From: an uncultured delta proteobacterium
GTDB lineage: Bacteria; Desulfobacterota; Binatia; UBA9968
Assembly: GCA_963771465.1 (NCBI GenBank)
Contig: CAVYTU010000007.1
Location: forward strand, 75,223 to 139,222
DNA: 64,000 nucleotides
Direction of reading: 5' to 3'
Below the pieces are notes generated by a model, which searched no databases, was not told the origin of the DNA, and was given only the letters and a program-made list of their open reading frames with translations. The translations under genes and the position numbers were made by a program. Shown here piece after piece: positions 63,106 to 64,000 of the stretch (positions within the stretch are counted from its first letter, which is position 1; every line of letters begins with the position of its first letter).

Positions 63106-63323
63106 AAATCGAAATCTTCATCATTGACCGTTCGGTTTGCCCACCGTTTGCGCCAAGGGCGCTCGTTCGCCACGGATTCCAACCACGCCAGGATTTGTTC
63201 ATCGGTTTTGTCTGCCATTAAGGCTCAACCCTTCTCGGCACTAGCGCACGCAACTACGCACGCTAAAACTATAACAAATATCGCAGTGCGACACGAGAAA
63301 AATGAACCCGACAGGGGGAGACA

Positions 63324-63506
63324 ATGGCGAAAGATAAAGAGTTGACGTGGCAAGTCAACGTGAAATTCACCGATGAAAACCAGGTAGGGCGCAATTTTGG
63401 CTTTAACGTTTCCGAGATAGTGAGGCGCTCGACTCTCGAAGGGTTAAAAAAGTTGGAACGGGCCAAAATCTCAGGCTCACCGCAAAATAACGTAGAAGCT
63501 CGCTAG
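63324..63506 (+). CDS. small hypothetical protein
   Basis: ATG preceded by GGGGAG; 60 aa. Confidence 0.45.
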   Translation: MAKDKELTWQVNVKFTDENQVGRNFGFNVSEIVRRSTLEGLKKLERAKISGSPQNNVEAR

Positions 63507-63523
63507 AAAATTTTGAGCCACTC

Positions 63524-63830
63524 ATGCCCCGTATCAAAAGATGGTTCCCTGTAAGCCACGACATCAATGCCGACGCGGAAGTGTGGGCCATGCGGAAGCA
63601 GATAGGGGAGAAAAAGCTTGTCAATTTGGCTGAAAATTTTATCCATCGCTGACCGCAATGATAGTCAACTTCCAGGTGACTACGACCAGATTATTAGGTC
63701 GATAGCAGGGAAGTGTCAGGCCACTATGAGAACGGTAACAAGCGTGTTCGAGTTCGCTATGCATTCACCCGAGCATGACAGGGCCAAATGCCGGCCGACG
63801 AGTACACGCTGGATCACCTTGACGCGATGA
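63524..63830 (+). pseudogene. frameshifted phage replication-initiator-like N-terminal fragment
   Basis: MPRIKRWFPVSHDINADAEVWAMRKQIGEK joins SLSIWLKILSIADR after removing one A from the A-run at 63611-63615. Confidence 0.5.
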
Positions 63831-64000
63831 TCGACGCTTTCGACAAGGTCGGCTTTGAGCCGGTCGTGAAGGCCGGGCATGCCGATGGCCAAGAAGTCGC
63901 CAAAGAAGCTCGTAAGGTGTTCGGTGCGCCAAGTCTTGGAAACGTCGAGCGCGTTTACCGGCGGGGCGATGTGTTATTTGCCGACTTAACAAATATCCCG

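Larger units (their letters stand above)
61350..64000. mobile_element. decayed integrative element/prophage remnant starting at tRNA-Leu (extends beyond window)
   Basis: Abrupt shift to AT-richer DNA, short orphan ORFs, frameshifted genes, short direct repeats; no integrase seen in window. Confidence 0.65.

Overview
GC-rich Gram-negative bacterial chromosome segment. The gene content and synteny suggest a deltaproteobacteria-like lineage such as Ca. Binatia (inference). 1-22.7 kb is accessory metabolism: an FGE-domain/LysE/desaturase trio converging on an egtD-like methyltransferase, a betaine-type ABC importer, amidohydrolase, M20 peptidase, bicupin, two tandem ThDP enzymes, GT-C glycosyltransferase, MmgE/PrpD-aldolase-hydrolase operon and a truncated sensor. 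22.8-61.2 kb is mostly core genes: acnA, rlpA, yebC-ruvCAB, queG, yceD-rpmF-plsX-fabD-fabG-acpP-rpiB-glyA-nrdR-ribD-ribE-ribBA-ribH-nusB-leuS-lptE, rpsT, tatC, hppA. From 61.3 kb a tRNA-Leu(TAA) cut at its anticodon loop opens an AT-richer, decayed island. The most striking candidate system is an NtrY-like kinase followed by an NtrX-type receiver domain fused directly to an intact LpxC, suggesting phosphorylation control of lipid A synthesis. Also notable are a twice-occurring structured RNA-like element, a RibBA whose DHBP-synthase half looks catalytically dead, tandem Pro-rich/collagen-like lipoproteins and a DnaA-box-like cluster. All calls come from motif reading by eye; no database searches were run.
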